DNA of 64,000 bases from Squalus acanthias (Eukaryota): NCBI GenBank assembly GCA_030390025.1, contig JASTWF010000033.1, positions 4,156,001 to 4,220,000 of the forward strand, in the 5' to 3' direction. The notes below the pieces were generated by a model. That model was not told the DNA's origin, ran no database searches, and saw nothing but the letters and a program-made list of their open reading frames with translations. The position numbers were made by a program, and so were the translations under genes. Position 1 is the first letter of the stretch. Each line of letters starts with the position of its first letter. This document shows positions 24,361-35,399 of this stretch, in pieces.

Positions 24361-26087
24361 AAACAGGAAATGGCAGATAAATTAAATATATACGATGATT
24401 CTTCACGGAGGAAGACAAAAAAAATCCAGAAATACGAGAAATCCAAGGGTTTGACGAGATTGAGGAACTAAAATAAATTAATGTTAGTCGAAAAACAGTA
24501 CCAGCAAAATTAATGGGACTAAAAGTCGATAAATCCCAAGGATCAGATGACCTACATCCTAGGGTTTTGAAAAAGGTTGCCATTGGGATAGTGGACGCAT
24601 CGGTTGTCTTCTTCCAAATTTCTATACATTCTGCAACGGTTCCTGCAGTTTGGAGGATAGCAAATGTGAACCCGCTATTTAAGAAAGGAGGGAGAGAGAA
24701 CACGGGGAACTACAGACCTGTTAGCCTCACATCAGTAGTTGGGAAAATGCTGATATCTATTTTAAAGGATGCAATAAATGGGCACTTCGAAACTATTGGT
24801 AAGATTGGGCAGAGGCAACGTGGATTTATGAAAGGGAAATCCTGTTTGATAAACTTATTGGAGTTCTTTGCGGATGTAACTATGGGCTTATACACAGGGG
24901 TAGATGTAGTGTATCTGGATTTTCAGAAGTCCATCGATAAGGTCCCACAAAAGAGGTTGGTGAAAAAAATTAGGACGCATGGAATTGGGGGTAATATACC
25001 AGCATGAATTGAGAATTGGCTAACAGACAGAAAACAAAGAGTAGGGATAAACGGGTCATTTTTCAGGATGGCAGGCTGTTACTACTGGGGTACCGCAAGG
25101 ATCGGTGCTTGGGCCCCTGTTATTCATAATCTATATCAATGATTTGGATGAGGACCCTAAATGTAACATTTCCAAATTTGCTGATGATACAAATCTACGT
25201 GGCAGTGTCAGTTGTGAAGAGGATGTGGAGAGGCTTCAAGGAGATCTCGACAGGCTCAGTGAGTGGTCGAGAACATGGCAGATGTAATATAATGTGGATA
25301 AATGTGAAGTTATCCACTTTGGTGAACAAAACAGAAAGGCAGAGTATTTCCTCAATGGTGAAAGATTGGGGAATGCAGATGCTCAAAGGGTGGTGGGTGT
25401 CCTTTTACATGAGTCACGTAAAGTGAAAGTGCAGGTGCAGCAAACCGTTAGGAAGACCAATGGTATTCTGTCCTTCATTACAAGAGGATTTGAGTACAGG
25501 AGTAAAGAAGTCTTATTCCAATTATACAGGGCCTTGGTGAGACCACACCTCGTGTACAATTTTGGTCTCCTTACCTAAGGAAGGATATACTTGCCTTAGA
25601 GAGAGAGCAATGAAGGTTCAAGAGATTGATTCCTGGGATGGCGGGACTGTCGTGTGAGAAGAGATTCAGTAAACTAGGCCATATTCTCTTGAATTCAGAA
25701 GAATGAGAGGGGATCTCATTGAAGCATAGAAAGTTATTTAAGGGCTTGATAGAGTGCATGCTGGGAGAATGTTTCCCTTGGCTGGGAGATTAGAACCAGG
25801 GGCCACAGCCTCAGGATAATTGGTCGGCCATTCAGGACTGAGATGAGAAGAAATTTCATCACACAGAGGGTGGGGAATCTTTGGAATTCTCTAGCCCAGA
25901 GGGCTGTGGAGGCTCAGTCATTGGGTATATACCAAACAGAAGTCGATAGATTTCGGACTAGTAAGGGCATCAAGGTGATAGGTCCGGCAAATGGAGTTGA
26001 GGCAGGAGGTCAGCCATGACCTCATTGAACGGCGGAGCAGGCTCGAAGGGCCGAATGTCCTACTCCTGCTCCTATTTCTTATGTTCT
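24361..26087 (+). mobile_element. 5'-truncated CR1 LINE (RT domain to 3' tail)
   Basis: GNYRPVSLTSVVGK, YLDFQK, GPLLFIIYINDL, SKFADDT; tail cctatttcttatg. Confidence 0.9.
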
Positions 26088-26559
26088 CCCTTTTCTGAAA
26101 TCCATGCTGGTTTTCTCTGATCAGCTCATATTTGCCAAGTGCTCAGTCACTCTGTTCAACAACAGATTCTCGTCACTTCAACAACAGACGATCGAGTAAT
26201 AGGCCCAATTATTTCCTCGTTTTCCTCTTCTACTCTTCATAAATAATGGACTGTCTCGACAATTTTCTAATTCAAGGATAGAATTCTGGAATCAAAGAGA
26301 TTTGGAAGATTTTCTAAATGATCGACAATTTCCTCACCTATTTCGTTTAGTAGCCGGCGGTGGAAAGATTCAGGACCTATAGATTTGTCAATCTTCTTTC
26401 TCATTATTTTTCCATTACAAATTCATAACTTATATTCAATCTATTAACACCCATTCCTCAATTTTTTGCTAATTTTACTCGTATCTCTGTTACTTTATCT
26501 TCACCCATTACACAGAAGACCGTTGCACAGTAAGTATTGAGGAAACCTGGGAACTTTGA

Positions 26560-29500
26560 TGTGCTGCTCAATCCCCGAGAAAAGATTCCTCCCCCGCGCC
26601 CAATCCATCACAAACCTTTTGCCTCGTATAGTTTTCCATTGAATGTTTGTTGTAATGCCAGGTCAGTATCTGTAGACCAGAAAGGGGTAAAATAGTGATG
26701 GGGTCCACCATCCTCCAGGGATTTACTAAACCAGCCTGATTTGGATAAAAATCCAACAAAAAACTCCAAAGATCTTGGGAAAACTCAAGGGAAATGTGAG
26801 GCTATTCACTTTGGTAGCAAGGATAGAAAATGGAGAGAAACTTTCAAATGTTGGTGTTCAGAGAGATTTGGATGTCCTCGTGCAAGAAACACAGAGAGCT
26901 AACATACATGTACAGCTCAAATAAGGAAGGCAAATGGCATGTTGGCCTTTATTGCAAGGGGGTTGGCGGAAAAGTGTGAGGTGTTTTGCTACAATTGTAC
27001 AGTGCCTTGATCAGACCACATCTGGAGTACTGTGCACAGTTTTGGTCTGCTTATCTAAGGAAGCATGTACTTGCCTTGGAGGCGGTGCAACGAAGGTTCA
27101 GTAGATTGATTCCTGGGATGAAATGGCTGTCCTATGGTGAGACATCGTGTAGAATGGGCCTATACGCTCTGGAATTTAGAAGCATGAGAGGTGATCGCAA
27201 TGAATCATACAAGATTCTGAAGGTGATTGACAGGGTAGATGCTGAGAGGTTAATTCCCCTGGCGGTAGTGCCTATAACTAGGAGGCAGAGTCTCAGGATA
27301 AGGGGTCGGCCATTTAAGACCGGGATGAGGAGGAATTTCTTCATTCAGAGGGTTGTGAATATTTGGAATTTTCTGTCACAGAGGGCTGTGAATGCTGAGT
27401 CTTTGAGTATATTCAAGGCTGAGAGCAATTGATTTTTGTACCCTAGGGGAATCAAGGGATATGGAGATCGGGCGGCAAACTGGAGTTGAGGTCGATGATC
27501 AGCCATGACCTTACTGAATGGCAGAACAGGCTCGAGCGGCCATATGGCCTAGTCCTGCACCTATTTTTTATGTTCTTATGTTCAGGGACACGATTGAAGG
27601 GTGATAAAAAACATAAGAACATAAGGAATAGGAGAAGGAGTACGCCGTTCAGCCCCTCGAGCCTGCTCTGTCATTGAATATGATCATGGCTGATCTGATT
27701 TTGGCCACAACTTCACTTTCCCGCCCGCTCTCCATAACCCTTGACTCCCCTGTCGCTCAAATATCAGTCTTTCTCCTCCTTGAATATATTCAATGACACA
27801 GCATGCACAGCTCTCTGGGGTTGAGAATTCCAAATTTCACGACCCTCTGAGAGAAGGAATTCCTCCTCATCTGCGTTTTAATTGAGCGACACCTTCTACT
27901 GAAGATATACCCCCTCGTTCAAGATTCCCCCACGAGAGGGGACATCCTCTCTGAATCTACCCTATCAAGCCTCCTGAGAATCTTATATGGTTCAATAAGA
28001 GGACCTATCATACTTCTGAACGTCAATGAGTATAGGCCCAACCTGCTCAACCTTTCTTCATAAGACAACCCCTTCAACTCAGGAATCAACCTCGTGAACC
28101 TTCTCTGAACTGCCTCCAATGCCACTATATCCCGCCTTTAATAAGGAAACCAAAACTGAACGCCCTGTGCAGCTGTCGTAAGAGTTCCCTACTGATATAC
28201 TCCATCCCCCCTTGCAATAAAGGTCAACATTCATTTGCCTTCCTAATTAATTGCTGCACCTGCATGCTTACTTTTTGTGTTTGATGTACGATGACCCCCA
28301 GATCCCTCTGTGCCGCAGCATTTTGTAGTCTCTCACCATGTAAATAATAATTTGCTTTTCATTCTTCCTATCAAAGTTTATAACCTCACATTGTCCCACA
28401 TTATACTTCATCTGCCAAGCTGTTGCCCTTTCACTTAACCTATCTATCTCCCTTTCCAGACTCTCTATGTCCTCCTCACAACTGGTTATCGCACCAATCT
28501 TTGTATCATTAGCAAACTTGCAACAGTATACTTGGTCTCTTTTCAAAGCCACGAACATAGGTTGTAAATGGCTGAGGCCACCGGATAAAATAATTTATTT
28601 TCCAAGAGATGGAGGAGAAAAAATGTGGAAAAGAAGACGTTTGCACTTAAAGCGGAATGGAATCTATTCTACTTACAGTTGGAATGCCTTGTTTCTGTGT
28701 GACACGGACTGTGAAAAGTGAGAGTACTTTGCCTTAACAGACCCTGACGCCGGCCTCCCAGCTGAAGGCTTCTGGCAGCTGTTTTTGAAAGCATCAAAGA
28801 TCTAATGAATTAAATTGGCTAGAAACATTCTACGTACCTTTTCAGAACACCTTCACTCGATTGCCATTTTCTCTCAGAGCTCCCGTCCTGAGGTGAGCAG
28901 CCACAAGGGTTACTGGAGCTTCCACATGCACCCATCCAAATGAGCCCCCGCCGAGGGAAACATCAAATTGGAGACACGGTTTGGCCCCGCTCCCTCATTT
29001 CCCTGCCATTACAATATCTGTGCATGTTGTGGGCACAGATGCTCCACACCCATTTTTCCAGAGGACGTCTAGGGAATCCCATGGATGGAGGGAGAGCGTC
29101 ACGAGGCTCCATCCCTTTTCCTCGCCTTTGCCCCGGGGAATTTAGCGTTCTCCAGACCCATAGAAGAGGAATATTGGGGTCTGCATCATGCCCACCGATT
29201 CCTCCTCCTGTCCATGTATGATGTGCTAGCTGCCGAGTGCAGCTCCTGCGCAAGATAACTACAACTGATGAATTGTTACCAGGGGATAAAACCTGTCTCC
29301 AGGTGACATCACAAAGGAGCCAGGATCCAATCACACAGCAGGCAGCGCAGGCTGCGCCCACAGGCGGTGTGGTAGGATGACATGGCCAAGCTCTGCTCCT
29401 TGTGCAGTATCACTGGACTGGAGCGCAGGATGCAGGATCTGACCATTTGTGTTATGACCCTGTCTCCGAGCCCCGCTGCCGCCTAACGACGCCCCAGGCA

Positions 29501-29800
29501 GAGAGCACAGCCTCCAATATTAGGTTTTATGACTCTTGAATCGCAACATCCTAATGTGAGATCCCAGTTCTCAATGTCCCCGTCATCCCAATATCTCCAC
29601 ATATCTTTCCTCACCTTTGCAACTGGGAACTTAGCATTCCCCAGGCATATAGAAGAGGAATATAGGGACTTGTGTCACATCCAAAGTTTCCTCCTGCTGT
29701 CATTGTATGATGTAAAGCTGGACATTGTCCGTGCTCCCCTCGTTGTCAATTCGATAGTTGTGAATTTGCCGTGTTATCCTTTACTATACATTAAGCAGTC
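26560..29800 (-). pseudogene. Unknown gene family, copy M2 (promoter at about 29245-29365), split by CR1 insertions at about 26790-28545
   Basis: 28580-29720 is collinear with 21500-22600; 26600-26780 is collinear with 21320-21500. Confidence 0.6.
26790..28545. mobile_element. Two tail-to-tail CR1 3' fragments (26790-27581 +, 27610-28545 -)
   Basis: LIRPHLEYCAQFWS; ALEAVQRRFTRLIP; tails cttatg / cataagaacataag. Confidence 0.9.
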
Positions 29801-30267
29801 TTTCTGTATGATTTCTCAGGTCAGTATTTACAATACTTTAAATAAACCAAGCATCAATACGAATAAAAACTGAGCGCAACGCTGAAAGTTTCACAGGAAA
29901 TAATCAAAAGGGAAAGAGATGAAATATAGAAAGAATAAACTAACTTAAAAATGGAAAATTCTGCAAAGACTGAACAGGTCCTGCAGCATTTGTGAAGAAG
30001 GGCAGCTCAGGTTAATGGTTCAGGTGTATGACATTTCTACAGAACGCAAAGTTTAATTTTCCCTTCCTTTCCACTGAAGCATTTTCAGTTCATTCCCGTT
30101 TGTTTTTGCAAAACTCTATTCTGATTTGATAGTTGCGGATTATGTACTTGCACTTGTTTGTGAACATCCAGTGCGCAGTGCCGGCCCACTGCGGCTCCTT
30201 TGATTGACAGCACTCTCTCCAATGAAGAGAGCGGCCCGAGGGCTCCTCTGACTCCAGGCTCCGGACA

Positions 30268-30598
30268 AATGTTAATGGGGCCGAGACCCTGGTTAATGAC
30301 GCCGCAATCCCGGTTAATGGGGCCTAGACCCCAGTTAATGGGGCCACAACACCAGTTAATGAGGCCACCACCCCTTTTAATGGGACCGTGACCACGGTTA
30401 TTGGGACCACGACCCCGGTAAATGGGACCGTGACCCCGGTTAATGGGACCACAACACCGGTTAATGGGGCCGCGACCCCAGTTAATGGGGCCGCGACCCC
30501 GGTTAATGGGACCGTGACCCCGGTTAATGGCAACACGACCCTGGTTAATGGGACTGCGACCAAGGCTAATTGGACTCTGACCCCGGTTAATGGGGCCG
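30268..30598. repeat. 21-bp minisatellite (ccggttaatggggccgcgacc), about 15 copies
   Basis: gttaatggg recurs every 21 bp. Confidence 0.9.
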
Positions 30599-30602
30599 CT
30601 CC

Positions 30603-31763
30603 TCTTATTTCGTATTGTAGTCGCAAATCAAATCAAATGTCAATATCTAAGTTGGATAGTCGGGCCAAAGCATCTGGTGTAACAGTGTGGATATCTGGTA
30701 GGCTGCCTGCGAATATCCTCTGAGGGCAGCGCTCAGTCATGTGCTCCAGGAGCTGATTAGGAGCTCCACAGCCGCATGATGGGGATGCTTTAATCTTCCA
30801 CCGATGGAGAAGGTGGCAGCATCTACCATTACCAGTTCTGAGACGGTTGATTGTTGTCCACTGTTTGCGAGGAAAGTTTGATCCTTCAGTTAGCACTGTA
30901 GGGTCCTCTATATGGAATCCATTACGTATGTCACATTTCTTCGAAGTATTTCGCCATCGGACATGAAGGCGAAGGTCCAAAATTGCCTTCTAGATTTGAG
31001 ACGGGTTCGAGGTAGGTTGATGAAGTCGGCCTGGATCGGCATGTCTTCGCTGGGATAGCGGTTGTGTTCCCTGGAGACTGCATATTCGCGGACTAGGTTT
31101 GGTGGTGCGATGTTTGCAAGCACGGGCTGCCAAGGTGTTGGTTTCGATAAAAGTGTACCTGTTATAATTGTCACAGTAGAATTTAATGGTTTTGACATGC
31201 GCACTTGAAAGCCATTCCGGAGAGCAGTACTCCGCTGTAGAGTACATCAGGGCGAGTGCTGCCGTACGGAAGGTTTGAGCGTCTGCTCCCCATGTGCATC
31301 CAGCGAGTTTCTGGATCTAATTGTCCGCACTCTTTAGTTTTTCCCAAAGGTTCTGAGGATGTTTTCGATATGTCAGGATGCGATCGAGCGGGACTCCTAA
31401 ATAGGACGGGTGTTTGGCATGGTTTACCTCTGCGCCGCAAAAGGAGACTTTCAAAGCTTGGTTTGCTTGTTGGGTGTTGAGGTGAAAGTTCGAGGTGACG
31501 GTCTTTTGCGGGTTTGGCCGAAGTTGCCATGAGCGGAAGTTGGCCTCCATCCTCTGTAAATCACTGGTTAGGGTCTATTCGGTGATGGACAGATTCATGT
31601 TTTGCGTGGCCAGGGCAATGTCATCAGCGTATACGAACTTGTGGGACTCTGTTTCAGACAGGTCACTGGTGTAAACGTTGAATAATATGGGTGCCAGAAC
31701 AGAACCCTGTGGGAGTCCGTTGTTCAATGTCCTACATCTGCTCTTCTGGGTGTCAGAGTACAC
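30603..31763 (-). mobile_element. 5'-truncated, frameshifted Vingi/Ingi-like non-LTR retrotransposon
   Basis: LPQGSVLAPILFNVYTSD, YADDIAL, YSTAEYC, PVLANIAPP, RLKSR, NRLRTG, C-terminal CxCG...H...CP. Confidence 0.75.
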
Positions 31764-31853
31764 ACAGTACCACTAAACAGAACCTTAAATCAATCAGGAG
31801 GCCTTAACCTGAGGAAACCGGAAACAGCTGATTCCAAACCACGATCGGCAATC

Positions 31854-31937
31854 CTGATCACGGAAACAAAGCAGAGTCAGGCCTGCTTAATACTCGGATG
31901 GGAGACTGTCTGGGATTACCAGGTACTGTAGGCTTTT
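31854..31937 (+). pseudogene. 5S rRNA pseudogene fragment (3' two-thirds plus oligo-T)
   Basis: ctgatcacggaaacaaagcagagtcaggcctgcttaatactcggatgggagactgtctgggattaccaggtactgtaggctttt aligns by eye to the vertebrate 5S 3' region. Confidence 0.85.
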
Positions 31938-32383
31938 CTTGCCACCAGAAGCTGTTCTCAACCCTGCAAATTGAAACCTCATACTATCCACAACCAATAT
32001 GAGTGCACGAGTCTCTTTCATACTATACAAGCCTACCTGAGAGCAGCTGAGACACAAACTATCCGTAATTCCAGTGTGAGCTGCTCACCAGTGTTCCCTT
32101 ACATTCTTACAAAATTGTGCCTTTAATCACTACATTGCATGCATACTACCAATAAATCATGGTACATCAAAGGTACATATAACTGCCACAGAATAACAAC
32201 ATCAACTAAACAACCAGGCTCTCAGCTCTTCTAATTGTTATATTGCCGCAATCAATCCTGAACAGAGTTATCAAGTTGACACATTCAGGTATGGCTGAAG
32301 GTCTCTTTCACATCCTATCTTTCCCCTAAAGTCATCATTTCCCCAAAATTATCTTATCCAATTTACAGCCCAGACTCAGCCTA

Positions 32384-33680
32384 TTGTTATTGACTAACAT
32401 TCACTACAAGCCCACCGACTCCCACAGCTACCTGGACTACACTTCCTCCCACCCCGCCTCCTGTAAGGACTCTATTCCATTCTCCCAGTTTCTCCGTCTC
32501 CGCCGCATCTGCTCTGATGATGCCACCTTCCATACCAGTGCTCCCGACATGTCTTCCTTTTTCCTCAACCGAGGATTCCCCTCTACCGTGGTCGACACGG
32601 CCCTCGACCGTGTCCGTTCTATCTCCCGCACATCTGCCCTCACCCCTGCCCCTCCCTCCCGGAACCACGATAGGGTTCCCCTTGTCCTCACCTTTCACCC
32701 CACCAGCCTCCATATTCAACGGATCATCCTCCGCCATTTCCGCCACCTCCAGCGTGATCCCACCACCAAGCACATCTTCCCCTCACCTCCCCTTTCAGCA
32801 TTCCGTAGGGACCGCTCCCTCCGCGACACCCTAGTCCACTCCTCTACCACCCCCAGCACCCCTTCCCCTTCGCCCGGCACCTTCCCGTGCACGCGCAGGA
32901 GATGCAACACATGCCCTTATACCTCCCCTCTTCCCACTGTCCAGGGCCCCAAACACCCCTTCCAGGTGAAACAGCGATTTACTTGTACTTCCTGCAATTT
33001 AGTATACTGTATTCGCTGCTCACGATGTGGACTCCTCTACATTGGGGAGACCAAACGCAGATTGGGTGACCGCTTTGCGGAACACCTCCGTTCAGTCCGT
33101 AAGGGGGACCCCGAGCTCCCGGTGGCCTGTCACTTTAATTCACCGCTTCACTCCCACTCTGACCTCACCGTCCTCGGCCTATTACACTGTTCCACGGAAG
33201 CTCAGCGTAAGCTCGAGGAACAGCACCTCATCTTTCGTTTAGGCACGCTACAGCCCTCTGGACTCAATATCGAGTTCAACAATTTTAGATCATAACCTCA
33301 GCTCCAATCACATTTATATTTTATTTTATCCACCCTTTTATTTGTTCCCCCCCCACCTTTTTTTTCCTCCTAGAAGCTGGCAGCTGTCCTTCATTCTGCC
33401 AGTGGATTTCACACTTCATTCAGCCTTAATCTGTCACATTAACACCACCTCTAGCCTTGCATATCTCTTAATGTCTCTTAATGTCTCTTCATCTCCACCT
33501 TTGTTCCTTTATCCCCTCCCCCTTTTCCCAGCTTTACCCTGGCCTTAAATCTATTTGATTTCCGGCTCTTCCCAGTTCTGATGAAAGGTCATCGACCTGA
33601 AACGTTAACTCTCTTTCTCTCTCCACGGATGCTGCCTGGCCTGCTGAGTTTTTCCAGCGTTTTCTGTTGTTATTTCAGCC
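32384..33680 (+). mobile_element. 5'-truncated Penelope-like element: uninterrupted RT thumb/linker plus GIY-YIG endonuclease (32384-33295) and 3' region
   Basis: HYKPTDSHSYLDYTSSHP, SQFLRLRRICS, C..RRCNTC, NLVYCIRCSRCGLLYIGET, RFAEH, VACHFN, PSGLN. Confidence 0.92.
33574..33610 (+). ncRNA. Minimal type I hammerhead ribozyme motif of the Penelope-like element
   Basis: agtt-CTGATGA-a-aggtc-atc-gacct-GAAA-cg-TT-aact: stem I agtt/aact, stem II aggtc/gacct, palindromic aacgtt stem III. Confidence 0.75.
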
Positions 33681-33992
33681 TAAAGCTGTTTCAACTTGGT
33701 CTCCGCAGAACCGGAATAAACGGAGTCAACTTGAAGATCCTGTTTTATTTGGAAATTTGGAAAGAGTTGGAATTTCTGGTAAGTATTAGGTAAGTAGAAG
33801 CTGTAACAAGTGACATTTAGTTGAAGCTTTGATTTTCACCTGGAACTTTATAAATTGTAGTTAAAAGAGGCTGCCTGCCAGTGGCAGTTCACTGTCAGTC
33901 AGCTGTAAGTGTTTGTCTTGAATAGGCGCTAATCACCAGGAGCAGGGGAGCTGAGTCAACACTTGTAAATTGGGTGAGGCTCCTAGTGTAGA

Positions 33993-34925
33993 AAAAAGTA
34001 GGAGCAGAAGTAGACTATTCGGCATTTCGAGCCTGCTCCGCCATTCAATATGATCATGGCTGATCCTCTATCTCAATACCATATTACTGCTCTCTTCCCA
34101 TACACCTTAATGCCTTTTGTATCTAGAAATCTATCGATCTCCTTCTTAAATATAGTCAGTAACTTGGCATCCACAGACTTCTGTGGTAGAGAATTCCACA
34201 GGTTCACCTCTCTCTGAGTGAAAAAATCTCCCCTCATCTCAGTCCTAAATGTCCTACCCCGAATCATGAGACTGTGACCCCTCGTTCCAGAACCCCCCAG
34301 CCAGCGAAACATCCTCACTGCATCCAGTCTGTCTCCCACTGTCAGAATTTCATACGTTTCAATGAGATCCCCTCTCATTCATCTAAACTCTCGTGAATGC
34401 AGGCCTAATCGACCCAATCTCTCCTCATATGACAGTCCTGCCATCCCAGGAATCAGTCTGGTGAACCTTCGCTGCACTCCATCTATGGCAAGTATATGCT
34501 TTCTTAGGTAAGGAGAACAAAACTGCACGCAATACTCCAGGTGTGGTCTCACCAAGGCCCTGTACAACTGTAGTAGGACATCCTTGCTCCTCTACTCAAT
34601 CCTCTTGCAATGAAGACCAACATACCATTTGCCTTCGTAACTGCTTGCTGCACCTGCATGTTTGCTTTCAGTGACTTGTGTACAAGAACACCCAGGTTAC
34701 TTTGTACATCAACACTTCCCAATCTATTACCATTCAAATAATACTCAGCCTTTCTGTTTTTCCTACCGAAGTGGACAACTTCACATGTATCCACGTTATA
34801 CTGCATCTGCCATGTATTTGCCCACTCACTCAACTTGTCTAATCGCCTTGAAGCCACTTTGCATCCTCCTCACAACTCACAATCGCACTTAGTTTTGTAT
34901 CGTCAGCAAACTTGGAAATATTACA
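33993..34925 (-). mobile_element. CR1 LINE 3' fragment
   Basis: YRALVRPHLEYCVQFCSP, MRGDLIETYEIL. Confidence 0.9.
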
Positions 34926-35205
34926 AATGTATCTGCGCTGGTGCTGGCTGCGCTTGTGTCTGCTGATGGTGAACCCTCAGAGGCTGGAGGTTTCACTGAG
35001 GAGTCGTTTTCCTCCTCTGGCTGGACAGTGGGGATAGGTGGGGAGTTGATGGACTTGTGGAAGAGTAAATAGATGAATTAGAAATTATATAATAAGAATG
35101 GTTAACGTTACCTTTATTCACATGATGACATTTCTATGGCTGATGACGTCGATCATCACGTGGCTTTATCAGATGTGATTCTGTCAACAGGTTGCTAGGA
35201 TGTCA

Positions 35206-35343
35206 CCTCTCTCCGTCTCCCACCGCCAGCATCTCTCGAGCTCCCGGAAATTCCAGAGCCGTGTCCTGTTCTGTAAGATGTGCAATTACTGGAGGGTCAC
35301 CTTCGGTTCTCTCAGTTTCTCTGTTGTCCTGGGCTCTCTTCTC
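35206..35343 (-). mobile_element. Possible exon remnant of a Harbinger-type Myb/SANT protein gene
   Basis: Acceptor ccctccttgcag then EKRAQDNRETERTEGDPPVIAHLTEQDTALE, resembling the ..RTGGGP....LT..E motif. Confidence 0.45.
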
Positions 35344-35399
35344 CTGCAAGGAGGGAAAGAAGACAAGTTTAAGTGAGAGTGTTAGAACGATCATTAAAT

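Noticed and set aside
30388..30723. Mucin-like PVNG(T/A) repeat protein
   Set aside because: 21-bp minisatellite reading into an antisense LINE
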